A stretch of 64,000 nucleotides of DNA from Escherichia coli (GTDB lineage: Bacteria > Pseudomonadota > Gammaproteobacteria > Enterobacterales > Enterobacteriaceae), in NCBI RefSeq assembly GCF_003334335.1, contig NZ_QOWQ01000015.1. The stretch is one strand, 5' to 3'. This document shows positions 33,422 to 46,515 of this stretch, piece after piece (position 1 is the first letter of the stretch; each line of letters starts with the position of its first letter). Position numbers and translations under genes: made by a program. A model generated the notes under the pieces. It did not search any database. It had not been told where the DNA came from and worked only from the letters and a program-made list of their open reading frames with translations.

Positions 33422-33481
33422 GTTTTCCTTGCCATAGACACCATCCCTGTCTTCCCCCACATGCTGTGGGGGTTTTTTTTA
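33422..33481 (+). ncRNA. cpxQ: CpxQ, sRNA processed from the cpxP 3'UTR (ends at the cpxP intrinsic terminator)
   Basis: About 60 nt between the cpxP stop and a strong terminator hairpin (cccccacatgctgtggggg + T8); the 5' end is an estimate. Confidence 0.5.
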
Positions 33482-33561
33482 TCCTCAATTTGCCTGCTGC
33501 TTAATGCATTGCAGATGATTTGCTTCCGTTATACTAGCGTCAGTTGATAGCGGGAGTATTT

Positions 33562-34464
33562 ATGAATCAATCTTATGGACGGCTGGTCAGTCGGGCGGCG
33601 ATTGCTGCGACGGCGATGGCTTCGCTGCTATTGCTGATTAAAATTTTTGCATGGTGGTATACCGGGTCGGTGAGTATTCTCGCCGCGCTGGTGGATTCGC
33701 TGGTGGATATCGGCGCGTCGTTGACGAATTTATTGGTGGTGCGATATTCCCTGCAACCTGCCGACGATAATCACTCGTTTGGTCACGGTAAAGCTGAGTC
33801 CCTCGCGGCGCTGGCGCAAAGTATGTTTATCTCCGGTTCGGCACTATTCCTGTTTTTGACGGGTATTCAACATCTGATATCTCCAACACCGATGACAGAT
33901 CCAGGCGTCGGGGTTATCGTGACAATTGTGGCGCTAATTTGTACGATTATCCTTGTCTCGTTTCAGCGTTGGGTGGTGCGGCGGACGCAAAGCCAGGCGG
34001 TGCGGGCTGATATGCTACATTACCAGTCTGATGTTATGATGAACGGCGCAATTCTGCTGGCGCTGGGGTTGTCCTGGTACGGCTGGCATCGCGCCGATGC
34101 TCTGTTTGCATTGGGAATCGGCATCTATATTTTATATAGCGCGTTACGCATGGGATATGAGGCGGTACAGTCATTACTGGATCGCGCATTGCCTGATGAG
34201 GAACGGCAAGAAATTATTGATATCGTGACTTCCTGGCCGGGTGTTAGCGGCGCTCACGATCTTCGCACGCGGCAGTCAGGGCCGACCCGCTTTATTCAGA
34301 TTCATTTGGAAATGGAAGACTCTCTGCCTTTGGTTCAGGCACATATGGTGGCGGATCAGGTAGAGCAGGCTATTTTACGGCGTTTTCCGGGATCGGATGT
34401 AATTATCCATCAGGACCCCTGTTCCGTCGTACCCAGGGAGGGTAAACGGTCTATGCTTTCATAA
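33562..34464 (+). CDS. fieF: Cation-diffusion-facilitator Fe/Zn efflux transporter
   Basis: ORF track 33544..34464; start at [13 protein letters not shown]… (300 aa). Confidence 0.93.
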
Positions 34465-34644
34465 TCAGTATAAAAGAGAGCCAGACCCGCATTTTGTGTA
34501 TAAAATACCGCCATTTGGCCTGACCTGAATCAATTCAGCAGGAAGTGATTGTTATACTATTTGCACATTCGTTGGATCACTTCGATGTGCAAGAAGACTT
34601 CCGGCAACAGATTTCATTTTGCATTCCAAAGTTCAGAGGTAGTC

Positions 34645-35607
34645 ATGATTAAGAAAATCGGTGTGTTGACAAGCGGCGGTGATGCGCCAGGCATGAACGC
34701 CGCAATTCGCGGGGTTGTTCGTTCTGCGCTGACAGAAGGTCTGGAAGTAATGGGTATTTATGACGGCTATCTGGGTCTGTATGAAGACCGTATGGTACAG
34801 CTAGACCGTTACAGCGTGTCTGACATGATCAACCGTGGCGGTACGTTCCTCGGTTCTGCGCGTTTCCCGGAATTCCGCGACGAGAACATCCGCGCCGTGG
34901 CTATCGAAAACCTGAAAAAACGTGGTATCGACGCGCTGGTGGTTATCGGCGGTGACGGTTCCTACATGGGTGCAATGCGTCTGACCGAAATGGGCTTCCC
35001 GTGCATCGGTCTGCCGGGCACTATCGACAACGACATCAAAGGCACTGACTACACTATCGGTTTCTTCACTGCGCTGAGCACCGTTGTAGAAGCGATCGAC
35101 CGTCTGCGTGACACCTCTTCTTCTCACCAGCGTATTTCCGTGGTGGAAGTGATGGGCCGTTATTGTGGAGATCTGACGTTGGCTGCGGCCATTGCCGGTG
35201 GCTGTGAATTCGTTGTGGTTCCGGAAGTTGAATTCAGCCGTGAAGACCTGGTAAACGAAATCAAAGCGGGTATCGCGAAAGGTAAAAAACACGCGATCGT
35301 GGCGATTACCGAACATATGTGTGATGTTGACGAACTGGCGCATTTCATCGAGAAAGAAACCGGTCGTGAAACCCGCGCAACTGTGCTGGGCCACATCCAG
35401 CGCGGTGGTTCTCCGGTGCCTTACGACCGTATTCTGGCTTCCCGTATGGGCGCTTACGCTATCGATCTGCTGCTGGCAGGTTACGGCGGTCGTTGTGTAG
35501 GTATCCAGAACGAACAGCTGGTTCACCACGACATCATCGACGCTATCGAAAACATGAAGCGTCCGTTCAAAGGTGACTGGCTGGACTGCGCGAAAAAACT
35601 GTATTAA
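34645..35607 (+). CDS. pfkA: ATP-dependent 6-phosphofructokinase I
   Basis: ORF track 34549..35607 is upstream read-through; start at ATG 34645, [23 protein letters not shown]… (320 aa). Confidence 0.97.
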
Positions 35608-35661
35608 TGATTTCGGAAAAAGGCAGATTCCTTTACCCTGAAACCGATGACAGAAGCAAAA

Positions 35662-35762
35662 ATGCCTGATGCGCTTCGCTTATCAGGCCTACATGAATTC
35701 TGCAATTTATTGAATTTGCAAACTTTTGTAGGCCGGATAAGGCGTTCGCGCCGCATCCGGCA
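35662..35762. repeat. BIME/RIP-type element (REP – A+T spacer – REP) between pfkA and sbp
   Basis: atgcctgatgcgcttcgcttatcaggcctaca … gtaggccggataaggcgttcgcgccgcatccggca; spacer resembles those at 7331-7365 and 55080-55113. Confidence 0.85.
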
Positions 35763-35926
35763 TGGACAAAGCGCACTTTGTCAGCAATATGAGGCGGATT
35801 TCTTCCGCCTTTTTAATCCCTCAACATATACCCGCAAGTTATAGCCAATCTTTTTTTATTCTTTAATGTTTGGTTAACCTTCTGGCACGCTTTGCTCATC
35901 ACAACACAACATAAGAGAGTCGGGCG

Positions 35927-36916
35927 ATGAACAAGTGGGGCGTAGGGTTAACATTTTTGCTGGCGGCAACCAGCGTTATGGCAAAGGATATTCAGCTTCT
36001 TAACGTTTCATATGATCCAACGCGCGAATTGTACGAACAGTACAACAAGGCATTCAGCGCCCACTGGAAACAGCAAACTGGTGATAACGTGGTGATTCGT
36101 CAGTCACACGGTGGCTCAGGTAAACAAGCGACGTCGGTAATCAACGGTATTGAAGCTGATGTTGTCACGCTGGCTCTGGCCTATGACGTGGACGCAATTG
36201 CGGAACGCGGGCGGATTGATAAAGAGTGGATCAAACGTCTGCCGGATAACTCCGCACCGTACACTTCCACCATTGTTTTCCTGGTACGTAAGGGAAATCC
36301 GAAGCAGATCCATGACTGGAACGATCTGATTAAACCGGGTGTTTCGGTGATCACGCCTAATCCGAAAAGCTCTGGTGGCGCGCGCTGGAACTACCTGGCA
36401 GCCTGGGGCTACGCGCTGCATCACAACAACAACGATCAGGCAAAAGCACAGGATTTTGTTCGGGCACTGTATAAAAACGTCGAAGTTCTGGATTCTGGCG
36501 CGCGTGGCTCCACTAACACTTTTGTCGAGCGCGGAATTGGCGATGTACTGATTGCCTGGGAAAACGAAGCTCTGCTGGCAGCGAATGAACTGGGGAAAGA
36601 TAAATTCGAAATCGTCACGCCGAGTGAGTCTATCCTCGCAGAGCCAACCGTGTCGGTGGTCGATAAAGTGGTCGAGAAAAAAGGTACTAAAGAGGTGGCG
36701 GAAGCCTACCTGAAATATCTCTACTCGCCAGAAGGTCAGGAAATTGCCGCGAAAAACTACTACCGTCCGCGCGACGCTGAGGTGGCGAAAAAGTACGAAA
36801 ATGCGTTTCCAAAGCTGAAGTTATTCACCATTGATGAAGAGTTCGGCGGCTGGACGAAAGCGCAAAAAGAGCATTTTGCTAACGGCGGTACGTTCGATCA
36901 GATCAGCAAACGCTGA
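35927..36916 (+). CDS. sbp: Periplasmic sulfate-binding protein
   Basis: ORF track, 329 aa, signal peptide then mature domain. Confidence 0.95.
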
Positions 36917-36936
36917 TTTCCCCAGGATAATTATCA

Positions 36937-36969
36937 AACCCGGTGGTTTCTCGCGACCGGGTTTTTTAT
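36937..36969 (+). terminator. Rho-independent terminator of sbp
   Basis: aacccggt…accgggtt hairpin followed by TTTTTT. Confidence 0.75.
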
Positions 36970-37022
36970 TTGTCACGATTTTGCGTTACCCTTGCATCTC
37001 TTTGAGGTACAGGGAAAAAAAG

Positions 37023-37778
37023 ATGAAAAAAGCGGGTCTTCTTTTTTTGGTGATGATAGTTATCGCCGTTGTGGCTGCCGGTATTGGTTACTGGAAATTA
37101 ACCGGTGAAGAGTCGGATACATTACGTAAGATTGTCCTTGAGGAATGTTTGCCCAATCAGCAGCAAAATCAAAATCCTTCGCCATGTGCGGAAGTCAAAC
37201 CCAATGCCGGATACGTGGTTTTAAAAGATCTTAATGGCCCACTGCAATATCTGTTGATGCCAACGTATCGTATTAACGGTACTGAAAGTCCTTTGTTGAC
37301 CGATCCTTCAACGCCGAACTTCTTTTGGTTGGCTTGGCAGGCGCGTGATTTTATGAGCAAAAAATACGGCCAGCCGGTTCCCGATCGCGCGGTTTCTTTG
37401 GCGATCAACTCCCGCACCGGGCGTACGCAAAACCATTTTCATATTCATATCTCTTGTATTCGTCCTGATGTGCGCAAACAGCTGGATAACAATCTGGCGA
37501 ACATCAGCAGCCGCTGGTTGCCACTGCCAGGTGGTTTGCGCGGGCATGAATACCTGGCGCGTCGGGTAACGGAAAGCGAACTGGTACAACGCAGCCCATT
37601 TATGATGCTGGCAGAAGAAGTACCTGAGGCGCGGGAACATATGGGACGCTACGGGCTGGCGATGGTACGGCAGAGTGATAACTCATTTGTATTGCTGGCG
37701 ACACAACGAAATCTACTGACGCTTAACCGTGCTTCAGCCGAGGAAATTCAGGATCATCAGTGTGAGATTTTGCGTTAA
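37023..37778 (+). CDS. cdh: CDP-diacylglycerol pyrophosphatase
   Basis: ORF track 36831..37778 is upstream read-through across the sbp terminator; start at ATG 37023, [17 protein letters not shown]… (251 aa). Confidence 0.92.
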
Positions 37779-37801
37779 GGCGAAGAGTTAAGGAAAGTAA
37801 G

Positions 37802-37824
37802 TGCCGGATATGAAATCCGGCACC
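37802..37824. terminator. Bidirectional hairpin between convergent cdh and tpiA
   Basis: gtgccggat-atgaa-atccggcac, 9-bp perfect stem. Confidence 0.65.
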
Positions 37825-37832
37825 TGTCAGAC

Positions 37833-38600
37833 TTAAGCCTGTTTAGCCGCTTCTGCAGCTTTAACGATTACTGCGAAGGCGTCAGCTTTCAGAGAAGCAC
37901 CACCAACCAGCGCGCCGTCGATATCCGGCTGAGCAAACAGTTCTGCAGCGTTAGACGCGTTTACAGAGCCGCCGTACTGAATGATCACTTGTTCAGCGAT
38001 GTTAGCGTCAACTTTAGCGATGTGGTCACGGATGAATTTGTGAACAGCCTGTGCCTGAGCCGGAGTTGCAGATTTGCCAGTACCGATTGCCCATACAGGT
38101 TCGTAAGCGATAACCGCACCTTCGAATGCCGCAGCACCCTGAGTTTTCAGTACCGCGTCGATCTGACGTGCGCAAACTTCTTCAGTTTTGCCCGCTTCAT
38201 TTTCAGCTTCGGTTTCACCGATGCACAGAACCGGAGTCAGGCCCTGCTCTTTCAGCACCGCGAATTTTTTCGCGATCAGTTCGTCAGATTCTTTGTGGTA
38301 AGTACGACGTTCAGAGTGACCGATGATGATGTACTGTGCGCCGATGTCTTTCAGCATAGCAGCAGAGGTTTCACCGGTGAATGCGCCGGACAGGTTCAGG
38401 TCCACGTTTTGCGCACCCAGCATGATGTGGCTGCCTTCAGCTTCGCGCTTCGCCATATCGATATACATTTCCGGTGGTGCGATTGCAACCGCACAGCCAG
38501 CAACACCTGCCAGCTCTTTACGCAGGTTAGAAACCAGCTCGTGAACCATGTGGCGGCTGCCGTTCAGTTTCCAGTTACCCATCACTAAAGGATGTCGCAT
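37833..38600 (-). CDS. tpiA: Triosephosphate isomerase
   Basis: ORF track, 255 aa, [15 protein letters not shown]…; catalytic motifs. Confidence 0.97.
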
Positions 38601-38707
38601 TTTAATTCTCCACGCTTATAAGCGAATAAAGGAAGATGGCCGCCCCGCAGGGCAGCAGGTCTGTGAAACAGTATAGAGATTCATCGGCACAAAGGCTTTG
38701 CTTTTTG

Positions 38708-39307
38708 TCATTTATTCAAACCTTCAAGCGATTCAGATAGCGCCAGCTTAATCGGTTCAACAGCGAAGGTCAGCCCCTTTTCGCCGTTGTCCGCGACAAC
38801 ATAACGCAGTGCACCTTCTGTCTCGGTGTAATAACGTTTGTTTTTCCCCGCCGTTAGTAGCGACTGCAGTTTTTTCTGGCTTTGTGTTTTGGTCATTAAT
38901 GGGGTGAGTGTGCGGATCACCGCTGCCATGTATTCCTGAGCTTTCGCTTTCGCGGCTTTTTGCTCTGGCCCCTGGATGGGTAGCCAGGTCATTTGAATGC
39001 TTTTGATTTTTAAGGTACCGCGCTCCAGCGCTGTAGAAGCATACAAGTTCTCATTAATTTTACTTGCAGCACGAGTGAGATTGGCTTTGTCGGGACTGCT
39101 GTCGATGGCACGAAATTCGTTCAGTGGCAGGCAGGGATTCTGGCTGTTAAAGTCTTCTCGAAACTGGCTGATGGAGAGATCGAAAGTAGGGGCTCCAGCC
39201 AGCAGATAAGGCGCGGTCGTTGCCGTATCTGGTGTTTGTGCATGCGCCGCTGTTGTAACGGTTAATGCAGAACATAAGAGAAAAAACAGCGTACACCCTG
39301 GCTTCAT
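38708..39307 (-). CDS. yiiQ: Uncharacterised secreted protein YiiQ (DUF1454-like)
   Basis: ORF track, 199 aa, signal peptide MKPGCTLFFLLCSALTVTTAAHA. Confidence 0.85.
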   Translation of the reverse strand: MKPGCTLFFLLCSALTVTTAAHAQTPDTATTAPYLLAGAPTFDLSISQFREDFNSQNPCLPLNEFRAIDSSPDKANLTRAASKINENLYASTALERGTLKIKSIQMTWLPIQGPEQKAAKAKAQEYMAAVIRTLTPLMTKTQSQKKLQSLLTAGKNKRYYTETEGALRYVVADNGEKGLTFAVEPIKLALSESLEGLNK

Positions 39308-39407
39308 TGACAGTACCTTTTGTTATGACTGGCTCCGATTAAAACGATATCTGTCGCCCTTGTCAAAAGGGTAGAATCCTGGAAAAGACAACCATCAAGG
39401 AACTTAC

Positions 39408-39848
39408 ATGACCATACAGCAATGGTTATTCTCATTTAAAGGGCGTATTGGACGCCGTGATTTCTGGATTTGGATAGGCCTGTGGTTCGCAGGCATGCTG
39501 GTGCTTTTCTCACTGGCGGGTAAGAATCTACTCGATATTCAGACCGCGGCGTTTTGCCTTGTGTGCTTGCTCTGGCCAACAGCGGCAGTAACTGTTAAGC
39601 GCTTGCATGATCGCGGGCGTTCCGGCGCATGGGCATTTCTGATGATTGTGGCGTGGATGCTGCTGGCGGGTAACTGGGCGATTTTACCGGGTGTCTGGCA
39701 ATGGGCGGTGGGGCGTTTTGTCCCGACGTTGATTCTGGTGATGATGCTTATCGATCTTGGTGCGTTTGTTGGCACACAAGGCGAAAATAAATATGGTAAA
39801 GATACTCAGGATGTGAAGTATAAAGCCGACAATAAATCAAGTAATTAA
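39408..39848 (+). CDS. yiiR: Uncharacterised inner membrane protein YiiR (DUF805-like)
   Basis: ORF track, 146 aa, several hydrophobic helices. Confidence 0.85.
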   Translation: MTIQQWLFSFKGRIGRRDFWIWIGLWFAGMLVLFSLAGKNLLDIQTAAFCLVCLLWPTAAVTVKRLHDRGRSGAWAFLMIVAWMLLAGNWAILPGVWQWAVGRFVPTLILVMMLIDLGAFVGTQGENKYGKDTQDVKYKADNKSSN

Positions 39849-40059
39849 CCTTTAATATATCTCTTACTGCTATTTTTTTCCGGGATTGTTATTTCCACGA
39901 TGCAAATGACAATACCCGGAAAATCCTTCTGAACTCTTCACCTTAAGCAATATCAAAAAAAATGGTAATCCATAAGATCATTACTTGTTTGTTCTTCCCT
40001 TAACGGCGCATTATTCTTAAGTCGTAATCGACAGAGAGGCGAATATACAGAGGTGCCCT

Positions 40060-40359
40060 ATGAAAGATGTCGTAGATAAATGCAGTACTAAAGGATGTGC
40101 GATTGATATCGGTACGGTGATTGATAACGACAACTGTACCAGTAAGTTTTCGCGCTTTTTTGCCACCCGCGAAGAAGCAGAGTCTTTTATGACCAAACTG
40201 AAAGAGCTTGCCGCCGCTACATCCTCTGCAGATGAAGGGGCCAGCGTGGCCTATAAGATTAAGGATCTGGAGGGGCAAGTTGAGCTTGATGCGGCCTTCA
40301 CTTTCTCATGCCAGGCCGAGATGATTATTTTTGAGTTATCACTGCGTTCGTTAGCTTGA
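40060..40359 (+). CDS. yiiS: Uncharacterised small cytoplasmic protein YiiS
   Basis: ORF track, 99 aa; 26 bp upstream of uspD with an RBS-like GAAGGAG before uspD. Confidence 0.82.
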
Positions 40360-40385
40360 TGGAGTTGCTTTAGAAGGAGTTAAAC

Positions 40386-40814
40386 ATGGCTTATAAACAC
40401 ATTGGCGTGGCAATTTCCGGGAATGAAGAAGATGCCTTACTGGTGAATAAAGCCCTGGAGCTCGCCAGACATAATGACGCTCACCTGACGTTAATTCATA
40501 TTGATGATGGCTTAAGCGAGTTGTATCCGGGTATCTACTTCCCTGCAACAGAAGATATTCTTCAATTGTTGAAGAATAAGTCGGATAACAAGCTGTATAA
40601 ACTGACGAAAAATATTCAATGGCCGAAGACAAAACTGCGTATTGAACGCGGAGAAATGCCGGAAACACTGCTGGAAATTATGCAAAAAGAGCAGTGCGAC
40701 CTCCTTGTCTGTGGTCATCATCACTCATTTATCAACCGTTTGATGCCGGCATATCGCGGGATGATCAATAAGATGAGTGCGGATTTGCTCATCGTGCCGT
40801 TTATCGATAAGTAA
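40386..40814 (+). CDS. uspD: Universal stress protein D
   Basis: ORF track, 142 aa, UspA-fold. Confidence 0.9.
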
Positions 40815-40818
40815 CCGC

Positions 40819-41565
40819 TTACCAGTAATGCTCCGCTGTCATATGGCCCGGTCGGCGACGTAAATGTTTCGTCATCTGCCGGGTCTCTTTCAGCAACTGT
40901 TGTGTATCGCGCACCATCTGTGGATTGCCGCACAGCATCACATGGCTGGTTTCTTTATTCATCGGCAGGCCAATCGTGCTTTCCAGTTCCCCACTTTCAA
41001 TTAATGCCGGTATCCGTCCGGTGAGCGACCCCGCTGCCGTTTCCCGACTGACCACCGTCTGAATGCGCAGTTTTCCTTCGTAGCGTTTTTCCAGTTCCTG
41101 CATCAGTGGCAAATAGCTTAAGTCGGCGGCATAACGTGCGGCGTGCACCAGGACCAGATTTTTGAAGCGATCTAAATCTTTACCTAGTTGCAGAATCGAT
41201 AAATAAGGGCCAATCGCTGTACCGGTTGCCAGCATCCATAGCGTTTCGCAGTGCGGCACTTCATCGAGCACAAAGAATCCTGCCGCTTCGCTAACCACCT
41301 GCACTTCATCGCCTGGTTTCAGTGCCGCCAGTCGTGGGCTTAATTTGCCATCGGGGACGGTGACCAGGTAAAACTCCAGATCGGGATTATCGGGCGAGTT
41401 TACATAGGAGTAGGCGCGCTGGACGCGTTCGCCGTCGATTTCAAGGCCAAGCTTGGTAAATTGCCCGGCGGTAAACGGAAGCACGGGGGCGTGAACGGTG
41501 AGACTAAACAGGGCGTCGGTCCAGTTCTGCACTTTAGTGACTTTGCCTGTTACCCAATCAGCCAT
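40819..41565 (-). CDS. fpr: Ferredoxin/flavodoxin-NADP(+) reductase
   Basis: ORF track, 248 aa; FAD-binding RAYS motif (RAYSYV) and NAD-binding region. Confidence 0.95.
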   Translation of the reverse strand: MADWVTGKVTKVQNWTDALFSLTVHAPVLPFTAGQFTKLGLEIDGERVQRAYSYVNSPDNPDLEFYLVTVPDGKLSPRLAALKPGDEVQVVSEAAGFFVLDEVPHCETLWMLATGTAIGPYLSILQLGKDLDRFKNLVLVHAARYAADLSYLPLMQELEKRYEGKLRIQTVVSRETAAGSLTGRIPALIESGELESTIGLPMNKETSHVMLCGNPQMVRDTQQLLKETRQMTKHLRRRPGHMTAEHYW

Positions 41566-41610
41566 GTTTTTCTCCTGTTTTGATTGACTTGCCTTATCTT
41601 CGTTCTCCGA

Positions 41611-41641
41611 ACAAAAAAATTCCAGTCCCGAAGGACTGGAA
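41611..41641 (-). terminator. Rho-independent terminator at the end of the glpFKX operon
   Basis: ttccagtcc-cgaa-ggactggaa perfect hairpin; on the minus strand it is followed by TTTTTTT. Confidence 0.8.
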
Positions 41642-41661
41642 GGCTCAATCGATCAAATCAA

Positions 41662-42672
41662 TCAGAGGATGTGCACCTGCATTTCCGGGTCTTTGCGATC
41701 CAGATAGTGGATGGACTGAATGCGGCGAATGGTGCGTGACTTGCCGCGGATCAGCAGCGTTTCGGTAGTCGCGATATTGCCTTTGCGGCTAATGCCTTCC
41801 AGCAGATCGCCTTTGGTAATACCGGTGGCAGAGAAGATGACGTTATCGCTGCGCGCCATATCGCCCAGGCGCAATACTTTACCGGCTTCGATGCCCATCG
41901 CTTTGCAGCGTGCCAGCTCCTGCTCGCCAATGCGACGATTCTCTTCGTTGTCGCCTTTGACGTCATGACGCGCCAGCAGACGACCGTTCATGTCGCCATC
42001 TAATGCGCGGATCACCGCCGCAGAAACTACGCCTTCCGGCGCGCCACCAATACCGTACAGCACGTCAACTTCGCTGTCTGGCATACAGGTGAGAATTGAG
42101 GCCGCAACGTCGCCGTCCGGAATAGCAAATACGCGTACGCCGAGTTGCTGCATTTCAGCGATAACGGCATCGTGGCGTGGTTTAGCCAGAATCGTTACCG
42201 TCAGTTCGCTCAACGGTTTGCCGAGCGCCGCCGCTACATTGCGCAGGTTATCCGCCAGCGGCAGGTTCAGATCAATGGTGCCTTTGGCTCCCGGCCCGAC
42301 AATCAGCTTCTCCATATACATATCCGGCGCATTGAGGAAGCAGCCTTTATCGCCTACTGCCAGCACCGCCAGCGCGTTAGCCTGGCCCATCGCCGTCATG
42401 CGCGTGCCTTCAATCGGATCAACAGCAATATCTACCGCGTCGCCGCGACCAGTACCGACTTTTTCACCAATGTAGAGCATCGGTGCTTCGTCGATTTCAC
42501 CTTCACCAATGACGATGGTGCCGTCAATGTTGACCTGGTTGAGCATAATACGCATGGCGTTTACCGCCGCGCCGTCCGCGGTGTTTTTATCGCCGCGTCC
42601 TAACCATTTGTAGCCAGCCAGCGCCGCTGATTCGGTGACGCGGGAAAATTCGATGGCAAGTTCTCGTCTCAT
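41662..42672 (-). CDS. glpX: Fructose-1,6-bisphosphatase class II
   Basis: ORF track 41662..42801 is upstream read-through; start at internal ATG, MRRELAIEFSRVTESAALAGYKW… (336 aa). Confidence 0.95.
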   Translation of the reverse strand: MRRELAIEFSRVTESAALAGYKWLGRGDKNTADGAAVNAMRIMLNQVNIDGTIVIGEGEIDEAPMLYIGEKVGTGRGDAVDIAVDPIEGTRMTAMGQANALAVLAVGDKGCFLNAPDMYMEKLIVGPGAKGTIDLNLPLADNLRNVAAALGKPLSELTVTILAKPRHDAVIAEMQQLGVRVFAIPDGDVAASILTCMPDSEVDVLYGIGGAPEGVVSAAVIRALDGDMNGRLLARHDVKGDNEENRRIGEQELARCKAMGIEAGKVLRLGDMARSDNVIFSATGITKGDLLEGISRKGNIATTETLLIRGKSRTIRRIQSIHYLDRKDPEMQVHIL

Positions 42673-42806
42673 AGCAAACTCTAAGCAGTAAGGAATGGCG
42701 CGAAGTGTAGCACAGGGGAAGGGAGGGATTATTGATGTGTGCGGGGTTGCCCCCGCACGTTTCGGGACTACCGGATGCGGCATAAACGCTTCATTCGGCA
42801 TTTACA

Positions 42807-45183
<2,377 letters not shown>

Positions 45184-45189
45184 AATCGG

Positions 45190-45340
45190 ATCCTGAAGAG
45201 TTAATGTTTGTTGTATGCGTGAAAGTCACGGACCTCCACGATGCTTGTAGGCATGCTGTAAACTTATCGTTAACGAGCAAAAACGAGAAATATCGAACTT
45301 AAAATGTGTGTGCCTCGTCATAAAATGAGCGTTATCGCGC
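45190..45340 (-). promoter_or_regulatory. glpFKX promoter/operator region (GlpR operators, CRP site)
   Basis: Upstream of glpF; contains repeated …atcgaac…/…cgagaaatatcgaac… GlpR half-site-like sequences. Confidence 0.5.
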
Positions 45341-45559
45341 CATTTATTCCATCTGATTGTACATGATGCATGTTTGTTAGATCATTCGCGCAACAAATTT
45401 ATTAACATTTTCGATTGATGTGGATTATGTCACCAGGAGAAGGATGAAAAGTGTGGCAAACCGTAATCTGCAAGGCGTGCCGCTGGACAGCGATGGCGCG
45501 GCTTCATACAATCGGAGCTAACTAAAGTGCGCTCGTATTTATTAAGGCGTCACCGATAA

Positions 45560-45853
<294 letters not shown>

Positions 45854-45908
45854 TTACGCTTCATCTTCCGCGTAATTTCTTTACTGTGTAGGCCAACAGG
45901 TAACGCAG

Positions 45909-45936
45909 AAAAAAGGCACCTTGCGGTGCCTTTCTT
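45909..45936. terminator. Bidirectional rho-independent terminator between convergent zapB and rraA
   Basis: A-run, ggcacc-ttgc-ggtgcc hairpin, T-run. Confidence 0.75.
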
Positions 45937-45937
45937 A

Positions 45938-46423
45938 TCATTCAATATCCAGCGGATCTTCTGAAAGAATAATCCCGGTATTGTCGGCATAAAGATGGTC
46001 GCCGGAGAAGAAGGTGACACCGCCAAAATTGACGCGGACATCGCTTTCGCCAATGCCTTCGCCAGCGGCACCAACCGGAATTGCCGCCATCGCCTGGATG
46101 CCGATATCCAACTCTTCCAGGTCATCTACCTGACGCACCGCGCCGTAAATGACCAGACCTTCCCATTCATTTTGTACTGCCAGACGCGCCAGTTCAGCAT
46201 CGACCAGTGCGCGACGAACAGAACCACCGCCATCGACGACAAGAACACGACCACGGCCATTCTGTTCGAGCAGATCGTACAGCAACCCGTTGTCCTCGAA
46301 ACATTTTACCGTGATTATTTGTCCGCCAAACGACGCCCGTCCGCCAAAGTTGGAGAACAGCGGTTCCACGACGTTAACATCTTCTTGATAGATGTCACAA
46401 AGCTCGGAAGTATCGTATTTCAT
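45938..46423 (-). CDS. rraA: RNase E inhibitor RraA
   Basis: ORF track, 161 aa, [23 protein letters not shown]…. Confidence 0.93.
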
Positions 46424-46515
46424 AGGCTTAACATTCAGTTGCTGCGAGAATTTTCAGTATATCGCGCTATGTGGGCTGTTGGCAAAATCATCAATTGTTA
46501 ATTGATATTTGTCAG

